Below are positions 1 through 7,462 of a stretch of 12,950 nt of DNA, piece by piece (position 1 is the stretch's first letter; each line of letters opens with the position of its first letter). The translations under genes were made by a program, and so were the position numbers. The stretch is taken from contig JBHLMI010000043.1 in the NCBI GenBank assembly GCA_048938295.1, forward strand, positions 1-12,950. Direction: 5' to 3'. A model generated the notes under the pieces. That model was not told the origin of the DNA. It did no database searches and was given only the letters and a program-made list of their open reading frames with translations. This DNA comes from Promethearchaeota archaeon. Its GTDB lineage: Archaea; Asgardarchaeota; Hermodarchaeia; Hermodarchaeales; Hermodarchaeaceae.

Positions 1-229
1 GTTCGACAAATTCGAATCGCGAAGCGAGTTGCTTCGCTGCTTTTGCGTCACGTTTTCTCAGGCTATCTAAAAGCATACTTCGAATTACATCAGCTGAGCT
101 TTCTTTGGTCGAAGCTCTCATTACTTCAGTTGCCACCTCTTCTGCAACTCCAGCTGCAACATTCAATTGAAGGAGCAAATCTATAGTCTGTAGTTTGAAT
201 TGACGCAGATTCTTAGGAATCTTTGACAT
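1..229 (-). CDS. 5' part of a gene running off the left edge; N-terminal helical domain resembling an ATP-cone
   Basis: Not in the ORF track. Manual translation from ATG at 229 is open to the edge: MSKIPKNLRQFKLQTIDLLLQLNVAAGVAEEVATEVMRASTKESSADVIRSMLLDSLRKRDAKAAKQLASRFEFVE. A GAGGAG Shine-Dalgarno-like site lies at 244-239. The ATP-cone resemblance (A-E-E-V-A-x-E-V ... S-A-D-V-I-R-x-M-L-L-D-x-L) is by eye only; coding status is better supported than the domain call. Confidence 0.7.
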   Translation of the reverse strand, partial: MSKIPKNLRQFKLQTIDLLLQLNVAAGVAEEVATEVMRASTKESSADVIRSMLLDSLRKRDAKAAKQLASRFEFVE

Positions 230-277
230 GAAGAATATCTCCTCAGAATTATGGTGTCAAATAGTGGATAACAGTAC

Positions 278-298
278 CTCTTAACCTCTTTCTTTCTT
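278..298 (-). promoter_or_regulatory. Putative archaeal BRE/TATA-like promoter for the 1-229 gene
   Basis: Minus strand reads AAGAAAGAAAGAGGTTAAGAG: a purine-rich tract then TTAA, about 52 nt upstream of the ATG. Confidence 0.3.
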
Positions 299-371
299 AC
301 TAGTGCCTGAACAGCTAAAGGCACATTGTTCCTAGTTATCATCTAAATCTCGATAAGGGAGCTAATCCACA

Positions 372-1229
372 ATGGAACTGATACAAGTCAGTAAATCTAC
401 TTGGGCCGTCATCGACGGTTCAACCTTCGGAAATGTTGGATGCATTCGAATACCCAAGCACATTGCCGTCATCGATACAGGCATGACCCCAGAAATCGCT
501 AAAGAATTTCATACCCGAATTCAACAAGAAATCGGAACACCAATTACTGAGGTTATTTTGACCCACTATCATTCGGACCATGTATTTGGTGCCCAAGAAT
601 TCCAACGATATCCACTTATTGCCTCATTGAAGATGGCTAAATTATATCCGGACCTGCTTAAGGCTCATTGGTCACCCAAGGCAATAGCAGAAATGCAAAG
701 GACTTATGCAACAACTGATCCTACACTCAGTCAACAACTTGAAAATCTCCGTATTATTTCTCCCACCAGAACTTTTTTGGACACATTATATTTGGGAGAC
801 AACCATGAGATTGAAATCCGCCATACTGGTGGTCATACTGCTGGTCATTCCGTTATCCATTTCATTCCGGAGCGTATTCTCTTTGCTGGTGATTTAGTCT
901 TTTGTCAACAATACCCATATGCTGGCGATTCTACTAATAATCCCCAGGCATGGATACAAGTCTTGGAAGAAATCCTCGAAATGGATATCGAAACGATTGT
1001 TCCAGGGCATGGTCCGTTATGTAATAAAGCTGAAATCCGATTGCACCTAGCGTATTTCAAAGCCCTTGAACAATGGATTTGTAACAAAATAAAATTAGGG
1101 GCAACCCATACCGAAGTTCAACAAGACAAGGAAACTGGACCAACTCCGCCTTACCAACTGAAAGCAGAGAGACGGCTTGAAGCAACCATTCAGCGTTGGT
1201 ATAACTTCTATTCGGAACTTATAAACTAA
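372..1229 (+). CDS. Metallo-beta-lactamase-fold hydrolase (cyclase/CphA-like subgroup), substrate unknown
   Basis: Motifs VIDTG, THYHSDH (HxHxDH), HTGGHT, FAGDL, PGHG; AAGGGAG just upstream of the ATG. Confidence 0.9.
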   Translation: MELIQVSKSTWAVIDGSTFGNVGCIRIPKHIAVIDTGMTPEIAKEFHTRIQQEIGTPITEVILTHYHSDHVFGAQEFQRYPLIASLKMAKLYPDLLKAHWSPKAIAEMQRTYATTDPTLSQQLENLRIISPTRTFLDTLYLGDNHEIEIRHTGGHTAGHSVIHFIPERILFAGDLVFCQQYPYAGDSTNNPQAWIQVLEEILEMDIETIVPGHGPLCNKAEIRLHLAYFKALEQWICNKIKLGATHTEVQQDKETGPTPPYQLKAERRLEATIQRWYNFYSELIN

Positions 1230-1324
1230 AGATTTAGTTCCCTACATTCACTTTGGTTCGGAAGTTGATGGTTTTTACTTATCAAATCTATTCCTACTCT
1301 TTGAAGTACATCAAATTTAAGAGT

Positions 1325-1365
1325 GGTTTAATCATTGTTTATTACAAGACTAGCGCATTGCTAGT
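1325..1365 (+). promoter_or_regulatory. Putative TATA-like elements followed by palindrome ACTAGC-N5-GCTAGT
   Basis: GGTTTAATC at 1325-1333 and TTTATTA at 1338-1344, then a 6-5-6 inverted repeat at 1349-1365, 26 nt before the ATG at 1392. Confidence 0.35.
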
Positions 1366-1391
1366 AAAACCGGAAGTGCATCCTAAGGACA

Positions 1392-2459
1392 ATGAAAAAG
1401 GAATCCGATACAATTAGTCAAAGAGTCGCAAATGAACTCTTTACACAACACAGACCTGATGACTGGGACAATCTTCAAGAACGGCAATTGAAACTCAAAC
1501 GCCAACTTTGGCGAAATATGGTTGGCAACACGATTTTTCTTGAAGCACGAAATCTTGCACCCATTATTGGCTGTGAACGAGTCTATCTAAAGTTTGAAGG
1601 AAGTAATCCAACTGGAACTCAAAAAGACCGAATAGCAATGGTCTTGGCTGATCACGCCGCCTGTAAAGGCTTCAATGAGCTTACAACTGCAACTTGTGGA
1701 AACTTCGGTGTTGCCCTAGCCTTTGCCGCAAAACACTACGATCTCACTGCCCATATTTTTATTCCTAAAAAATATGATGTTCCTAAAGATCGGCAAAAAA
1801 GAATGGAAGCCTTTGGTGCCCGAGTCACACTCGTGGATGGGTATTATGAGGATGCTGTTGAGCATTCTATTAATTCTGCTGCAGAGCAAAATTGGTTTAA
1901 TGCTAATCCTGGATCAAGTGATATCCCCGAGTTATCAATTACCGCCTATAGCGAGATTGCTTATGAGATCTTTCGTGATCTACGTCGTGTACCCAACTAT
2001 ATTTTCTGCCCAGTTGGGAATGGAACGACATTCGCGGGAATCTATGCAGGGTTCAAAAGATTACTTCTAATGGGCAAAACAATGAATGTTCCCAAAATGG
2101 TAGCTACAAGTACACGCCGAGGTAACCCCATCATTAAATCATTTAAAGAAAATAAAACCACCATCGCCGATTTAAAGCCCGAAGAAATCAAAGAAAGTAA
2201 AATCAATGAACCTTTGACAAACTGGCGTGCCTTCGATGGGCAACTAGCATTAGACTCGATATACGAATCATTAGGGTTTGGAGAGTATGCCTCAGATTCG
2301 AGAATGATCGAGTTCTCAAAGCTTGTGCGATCTGAGGAAGGTCTAAGCGTGCTTCCAGCTTCCGCAAGTACACTTGCGGTCATGGAAACGCTTGGGCGTG
2401 AAGGATTTGTCGTAAAAGGGACCTATGTAGCAATCCTTACAGGACGGGATTTTTCCTAG
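1392..2459 (+). CDS. Fold-type II PLP-dependent enzyme, threonine synthase-like
   Basis: YLKFEGSNPTGTQKDR (Schiff-base Lys), TATCGNFG, PVGNGTT phosphate loop, EGLSVLPASA, terminal ILTG; TAAGGA upstream of the start. Confidence 0.85.
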   Translation: MKKESDTISQRVANELFTQHRPDDWDNLQERQLKLKRQLWRNMVGNTIFLEARNLAPIIGCERVYLKFEGSNPTGTQKDRIAMVLADHAACKGFNELTTATCGNFGVALAFAAKHYDLTAHIFIPKKYDVPKDRQKRMEAFGARVTLVDGYYEDAVEHSINSAAEQNWFNANPGSSDIPELSITAYSEIAYEIFRDLRRVPNYIFCPVGNGTTFAGIYAGFKRLLLMGKTMNVPKMVATSTRRGNPIIKSFKENKTTIADLKPEEIKESKINEPLTNWRAFDGQLALDSIYESLGFGEYASDSRMIEFSKLVRSEEGLSVLPASASTLAVMETLGREGFVVKGTYVAILTGRDFS

Positions 2460-2504
2460 GGCTAACTCTCTTAATCCAGTCTTATAGTCTAACAGACTCT
2501 GAGT

Positions 2505-3074
2505 TCATTCATGATCCCGAGAATTCTCATGTATCACTCTACTATTATCAAGGTCAAGTCGCATAGTGAGATCCCCCTGCTCTGTTCGAGTGATTGCTTC
2601 GAACCCGTGTTCCTCATAAAAGTGACGTAACGGTATTCCCTTCTCGTCCTTTTCTTCCGTATCTAGCACAATTGCTTGATAAGTTCTATCGCGTGCTCGA
2701 TTGATAACAAATTGCAAAACTATATCACCAATCCCTCGTCCACGCTGGCGAATGGCTATCGTATCTAGATAGAAGGTTGGTGGTTCAAAATCTGGCAGTC
2801 GATAGCCTAAAACCAGGATCTCCGGGATTTCATGGCTAACAACGAAAAAGAAGAGCACTTCTGGATTGTTCAAGCGTTCAATGATTTCTTGACGACTATA
2901 ACGTAAATCAAACCGGAAATCTTCTTCCTCGAGGATTTGAAACCAGCGAAAACATCGTTCATCACACTCTTTTGGCAAAACAAGCTCAAGTTCTCCAGAA
3001 TATTTCATGGACAGTTCGGCTTTCAACTGGAGCCATCTTTCCTTTTCCTCGTTTTCAGGAATTTGCCATATCAT
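2505..3074 (-). CDS. GNAT-family N-acetyltransferase
   Basis: YLDTIAIRQRGRGIG (acetyl-CoA motif A), IVLDT, LRHFYEEHGF (motif B); GGCGGG upstream of the ATG. Confidence 0.85.
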   Translation of the reverse strand: MIWQIPENEEKERWLQLKAELSMKYSGELELVLPKECDERCFRWFQILEEEDFRFDLRYSRQEIIERLNNPEVLFFFVVSHEIPEILVLGYRLPDFEPPTFYLDTIAIRQRGRGIGDIVLQFVINRARDRTYQAIVLDTEEKDEKGIPLRHFYEEHGFEAITRTEQGDLTMRLDLDNSRVIHENSRDHE

Positions 3075-3133
3075 TCGAATTCCCGCCTTAGGTCTTTGAT
3101 TGGTTATCTGCTACACTCGTTGTCCCAAACCTA

Positions 3134-4159
3134 TCACAGTTGAAGATTGTATCTGGCACATGCTGACTCGAGCAATCGTCGAATCAAATCATCATAAGTG
3201 TAACCTGTTTTCATAGCCATATAAGGATAGAATGAAAGGTCATTTTCAATAGTATCAAAATCCATTCCTGGTAATGGATTCACCTCAAGAAAGAAGATTT
3301 CGTCTTGTTGATTCATTCGAAAATCAATTCGAACGAAATCACGAATATTCAGAGCGTTCCAAATTTTTATTGAAATCTCTTCTAATCTGTTTCTCAGGGT
3401 TTTAGGAATTTTCGCTGGACAGATATAGTGCTCAAGGGAGTCAAGGATAGTCTTTGCGCGTTGTCCAAAGACCCCTTGAACCTCTGGAAATTGAGAGAAA
3501 TTAATTTCAAGTACTGCTAGCATTTCCGGGTTTTTACCAGGTCGTCCTAACAGGCCTGTACTAAATTCTCTGCCCTCAATGAATTGTTCGATTAGGATTG
3601 GCTGTGAATATTCAGTAAGCATAGATGCAAGCTTGGCTTTGAGTTGACTGAGATTTGAAACAACATTGTCTTCATTGATTCCCATTGAAGAACCTTCTTC
3701 GAGGGGTTTCAGAATATATGGGTATCCTTGTTTGACCTCTGAAGCTTGTTTGAGGGTGGAACAGACAAAAAATTGAGGGGTCTGGATTCTATGGTACATC
3801 AAGATTTTTTTGGTCCATGCTTTGTTGAGCCCAACCGCCGTTGTAATTACATTTGAGCCCACGTATGGAATATTGAGCATTTCAAGAATGCTTGGAACAT
3901 GGGATTCACGGCTATCACCTCGCAATCCTTCGGTCCGATTAAAGACTAAATCTGGTTTAATTCGTTTCAGTGTCTCGACAAAATTCTCATCAGCTTCGAT
4001 GAATACGTATTCATGACCAGTCGCTTCAATGCCATGTTTAATGAGTTCAACTGTATGAGGTGGATCATACTCAACCTGAAACTCAGTCTCCTCACTCCGA
4101 GTATTCAACATCAGTGCAATTCGCATCTTCTTCCCCTTCATAGGCTTTTTAGACATCAT
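3134..4159 (-). CDS. D-alanine-D-alanine ligase-like ATP-grasp peptide ligase, substrate uncertain
   Basis: LEMLNIPYVGS, NKAWTKKIL, YPYILKPLEEGSSMGI, LIEQFIEGREF, VRIDFR, LEVNPLPGM. The track start is 4180; ATG 4159 (1 nt after the upstream stop), 4156 or 4126 are more likely. Confidence 0.85.
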   Translation of the reverse strand: MMSKKPMKGKKMRIALMLNTRSEETEFQVEYDPPHTVELIKHGIEATGHEYVFIEADENFVETLKRIKPDLVFNRTEGLRGDSRESHVPSILEMLNIPYVGSNVITTAVGLNKAWTKKILMYHRIQTPQFFVCSTLKQASEVKQGYPYILKPLEEGSSMGINEDNVVSNLSQLKAKLASMLTEYSQPILIEQFIEGREFSTGLLGRPGKNPEMLAVLEINFSQFPEVQGVFGQRAKTILDSLEHYICPAKIPKTLRNRLEEISIKIWNALNIRDFVRIDFRMNQQDEIFFLEVNPLPGMDFDTIENDLSFYPYMAMKTGYTYDDLIRRLLESACARYNLQL

Positions 4160-4160
4160 G

Positions 4161-5522
4161 TTAGATTTCAAAGGATGCAATTTCTTCCTTAAAAATCGAC
4201 AAGACTTGTGGTTTCAATTCCTTTGGAACTGAAATTGCATCATAGATTGAGACAAAGGTTTTAACAAGCTCTTCTTCTCGTTCCTTTGCTTCTTCAAAAA
4301 GTTTCCCCGTTCTAAAATCGTCAACTAACCCACCTTGAACTCCTTTCAATGAGGCTAAATAGAACGCAAACAGTTGCTCATCACGTCCCACTTTCGTATG
4401 AGCATAAGTGAGTGTTATCGTCTTCCCTCCAAACAATGTGAAGAATTGCTTATACGAGCGTTCAAGCATATTCACACGAAGCCCAATACTTTTTGGATCA
4501 ATCCCACTCGCTACACACATTAGATACATCTTAGCACAAATCGAGCAGTTATGACACCAACGGTAATCCCGCCCTGCCTCAGTTTCGGTAAAACAACTCA
4601 TTTGGTACTTCGCAATTTTTGGATAACGGTGAGCAAGTGTTCGTTGAATCATCATATCCATTAACGGTTCAATCAAACTCCCTGTGCGAACAGAACCCCC
4701 TGAAAACATCTGAGAGATTTGATCAATATGAATCGTCCACAGATGGGATTGATCGTAACAAGGATGAATAATCCATCTTTCCTCGGCATCCATATACGAG
4801 GCCGCTGCGGTTTGCTCATTCCCAAAAAGAAAATACTTTCCCTGGTCTGCATAAGCGAAAGGAATGAATTCAAGGGCATATTCTGTTGTTTGTAATCCCC
4901 ACCCTAATTCCGTTATGGGAAGCCCTAGATATGGATAATCACGGAGTTTCCCAGTTTCATGTTGTAGGATTCGCATTTCTTTTCCAAATTCTTTTTTGAA
5001 TTTCTCGGCTAGCTTCGTTTTATGTTTCTCTTCATAGGTCATACTGGCTTCGACAACATAGACCATTTCAGGATCAAGACCAATTTCTTCCGCCACAGCG
5101 TAAGTTAAGAGGCTATCTTTCCCAAAACTCACCCCGACAATCGCTCGAAAAGGTGAAGCTACCGGTTCAGGATCAGGGCTAATAATGACCGAATCCTGGA
5201 ATTGATAATCGATATTATAGAATCTACGCACGATGTCATCTGTTGATGTTCCGTCAACAACAGTACATGAGGGGATGTCCTTCAGGAAGTTTTGGACGAA
5301 GTAGGGTTCAAGGAGTGGGCGACCTGAATAATATGTGATAGCATTTTTCTGAAGAACGAGAGGCAAATGCATCGTGGTTGCGAGGGCTAAGTTATCCTTG
5401 AGTGCAATGCGGGTTTGGGTTGGTGTAACTTCCCAAACTGGCTTCGGATAGATTATCGGATAGCTACTGTCGCGAAATCGTACTGCTATACCATTGTCTG
5501 TGCATTCGGAAAAGATTTCCAT
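4161..5522 (-). CDS. PP-loop (adenine-nucleotide alpha-hydrolase) protein with C-terminal Cys cluster, MurL peptidyl-glutamate epimerase-like
   Basis: AIVGVSFGKDSL (SxGKDS at 5129-5112), FGNEQTA, SLIEPL, QMSCF, RWCHNCSICAKMYL (CxxCxxC at 4556-4536), about 453 aa. The track start is TTG 5543; ATG 5522 is the alternative used here. The PP-loop call is strong; the MurL likeness is by-eye motif order. Confidence 0.7.
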   Translation of the reverse strand: MEIFSECTDNGIAVRFRDSSYPIIYPKPVWEVTPTQTRIALKDNLALATTMHLPLVLQKNAITYYSGRPLLEPYFVQNFLKDIPSCTVVDGTSTDDIVRRFYNIDYQFQDSVIISPDPEPVASPFRAIVGVSFGKDSLLTYAVAEEIGLDPEMVYVVEASMTYEEKHKTKLAEKFKKEFGKEMRILQHETGKLRDYPYLGLPITELGWGLQTTEYALEFIPFAYADQGKYFLFGNEQTAAASYMDAEERWIIHPCYDQSHLWTIHIDQISQMFSGGSVRTGSLIEPLMDMMIQRTLAHRYPKIAKYQMSCFTETEAGRDYRWCHNCSICAKMYLMCVASGIDPKSIGLRVNMLERSYKQFFTLFGGKTITLTYAHTKVGRDEQLFAFYLASLKGVQGGLVDDFRTGKLFEEAKEREEELVKTFVSIYDAISVPKELKPQVLSIFKEEIASFEI

Positions 5523-5563
5523 GAATATAACCAAACTTATCAAAGATCACTTGTTGATAACTG

Positions 5564-7270
5564 CTATACAGCTGCCTTTAATCGTACTGGCGCAGAACGA
5601 TCGAGATACCGTTTAGATACCGGATAGTTTTCAAAGGCGATCGTGTAGGAACTTTCGAAATATTCACGAATCTCCTTCTCAACGACCTTTGCTAAATCTG
5701 GCTCTGGCGTTGCATCAATCCAATGAGTGCTCCCTTTTGGTGTTGCTATCATTTTCCCTTCTTTTTGAACCACAATTCCATCCTTAATAGTCATCCAAGC
5801 TTGGCTAAGTCCGTTCACCAGCTTATCAGGATTTTTCCCATAATCTTCCTTGGGGTCGATGTCATAGATGGCAATATCCGCATCCGCACCTGTGCCAAGA
5901 TGGCCTTTCATCGGTAAGCCCAATATTTTGGCGGGGCCAGCGCGAGTTCCTATGATGTAGTCCTGTAGCGACCATTCTGTTTCAAGTGCAGGAAGCACCA
6001 TGCGCTTCTGAGCAGATTTTCTAATATCTTTGAACGTCATATCACGCGCCTTTCGACTCATCAGCCATGCGGCAATCCAAGGATAATTGATGAAGGTTCC
6101 CGCATTGGGATGGTCTGTGCTGGGAATGACACGCCACGGATCGTTTACCAAGAGGGCAATTTCAAGGCCGATTCCCCATTGGATTGCATTCACTCGGGAA
6201 CTTTTCTTGAACACATAGGGAACAACACCACCGCCGCATTCAATTTCAATGTCATCGTTAACCCAGCGGCTCCCACTAATCCCTCTTAAAATCCACTCCC
6301 AGGGACCATCTGCTGTCATAGTAGTGGTGTCAGAAAAGACAATTTGCCCGAGATCACAGCTGACATTCTGATGGTTCTTAAGGTAATTCGCAATGGGTTC
6401 ACTACCTGACTGAAAAGTAATGAAACTGTCTCCTCCATAGGAGTGGAATTGAATGTGGGTCATATGCAGATTAAAGCCAGATTCCCGTTGGATTGCTCGA
6501 TTTTCTGCAAGCTTCATCGTTTCAATGGTGATACCCGTATTACCAGGTCGTCCTAGCATATTTGCGTGCAAGTGAAGCGAATGGGGGAGCCCTAAACGTT
6601 CTGCGGCTTCAATTAGGGTTGTAATGGTATCACGAGCCGTCACGTCAAAACACGAAATCTGCTCATCCAAGCTCTCAACATTACCACCCCACGACCAATC
6701 GCACACTCCTGCGGGATTCACTGCCTTCACAGCATACCCCTTAGTTGCTTGCAGCATCCAAGCTACAAAAGCTGCGGCTTTATCATATTCCTTCTCACGT
6801 GCATAATCCATGATTTGCACATGATTCCCAAAGAGTGGAAACATAATTTTATCATGTGGCTGAATTTCTCCCAGCTCCTCATGGGTATGACGTGCAACAA
6901 TCCCTGCTGTAGCCGCCTCCGTCACAAAGGTGTAGCCCATCTGAGAAAACTTGTAACCTGTCATGAATGTTGGAGGAACACTTGCCCAAACTCCTGCTCG
7001 GCAAATATCCGAATAAGTGTAGGGGTCCATTCGGGATTGATCACAACGGAGCACACGACCCGAATCAACCTTCGGTGTTGCGAGGTGAGCATGAATATCT
7101 ACACCACCCGCCACTACCATTCGGTTTTCAGCATCAATGATTTCAGCGGATTCAGGAATAACCGAATCGACGATCTTTCCATCTTGAATAGCTAAATCCA
7201 TAATTTCGAAAATTTCGTTTTTGGGATCGACGACGAAGCCATTTTTTATGACAATATTACGCGTTTTCAA
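5564..7270 (-). CDS. fwdA: Formylmethanofuran dehydrogenase subunit A (amidohydrolase subunit)
   Basis: GGVDIHAH, GYTFVTEAA, HTHEEL, GYAVKAVNPAG, LGLPHSLHLHANMLGRPGN, HMTHIQFHSYGG, TMTADGPWE, DIEIECGGGVVPY, AIQWGIGLE, STDHPNAG; 568 aa; TTG start with GGTGGG upstream. Confidence 0.92.
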   Translation of the reverse strand: MKTRNIVIKNGFVVDPKNEIFEIMDLAIQDGKIVDSVIPESAEIIDAENRMVVAGGVDIHAHLATPKVDSGRVLRCDQSRMDPYTYSDICRAGVWASVPPTFMTGYKFSQMGYTFVTEAATAGIVARHTHEELGEIQPHDKIMFPLFGNHVQIMDYAREKEYDKAAAFVAWMLQATKGYAVKAVNPAGVCDWSWGGNVESLDEQISCFDVTARDTITTLIEAAERLGLPHSLHLHANMLGRPGNTGITIETMKLAENRAIQRESGFNLHMTHIQFHSYGGDSFITFQSGSEPIANYLKNHQNVSCDLGQIVFSDTTTMTADGPWEWILRGISGSRWVNDDIEIECGGGVVPYVFKKSSRVNAIQWGIGLEIALLVNDPWRVIPSTDHPNAGTFINYPWIAAWLMSRKARDMTFKDIRKSAQKRMVLPALETEWSLQDYIIGTRAGPAKILGLPMKGHLGTGADADIAIYDIDPKEDYGKNPDKLVNGLSQAWMTIKDGIVVQKEGKMIATPKGSTHWIDATPEPDLAKVVEKEIREYFESSYTIAFENYPVSKRYLDRSAPVRLKAAV

Positions 7271-7339
7271 GCTTACCCACCAAGGTCAAGAAGATGAAAT
7301 CTAGGTGCCGGCGGTTACAACGCAATACAGTAGCACAGC

Positions 7340-7356
7340 TAATTAAGCGTTCTGCC
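7340..7356 (-). promoter_or_regulatory. Putative BRE/TATA promoter of the fwdA operon
   Basis: Minus strand reads GGCAGAACGCTTAATTA, about 70 nt upstream of the TTG start. Confidence 0.35.
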
Positions 7357-7391
7357 ATTCCGAATTTCCCATAACTACTATAATATTTAGT

Positions 7392-7412
7392 AAAAATCGG
7401 AAGCCTTATACG
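7392..7412 (+). promoter_or_regulatory. Putative BRE/TATA promoter of the DUF389 gene
   Basis: AAAAATCGGAAGCCTTATACG with TTATA at 7406-7410, about 53 nt upstream of the ATG; GGGGGA SD-like site before 7463. Confidence 0.35.
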
Positions 7413-7462
7413 GAGATAATCTGAGGGGGGTAGTCGCTCGTATTTGAGCGGGGGAACCAAAT

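Noticed and set aside
19-37. Hairpin GCGAAGC-GAGTT-GCTTCGC
   Set aside because: It lies inside a coding frame and is a single 7-bp stem, consistent with chance.
372-1229. MBL gene as a beta-lactamase forming a peptidoglycan-like theme with the Ddl-like and MurL-like genes
   Set aside because: It has the generic HxHxDH cyclase-like pattern common in archaea, no signal peptide, and is transcribed separately; nothing ties it to beta-lactams.
1224-1239. Inverted repeat AACTAAA-GA-TTTAGTT over the MBL stop codon
   Set aside because: AT-rich with a minimal loop and weak stability; the following T-tract (1272-1276) is too short to call a terminator.
2486-2498. AGTCT-AAC-AGACT hairpin between convergent genes
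   Set aside because: 5-bp stem with no U-tract on either strand; insufficient for a bidirectional terminator call.
4161-5543. Calling the PP-loop protein QueC
   Set aside because: It shares the PP-loop and the SC...CxxCxxC layout, but it is about twice QueC length with an extra N-terminal region and MurL-like internal motifs. QueC is kept only as the alternative to test.
6749-7195. 148 aa plus-strand ORF
   Set aside because: Antisense shadow entirely within the well-supported fwdA, with no motifs.
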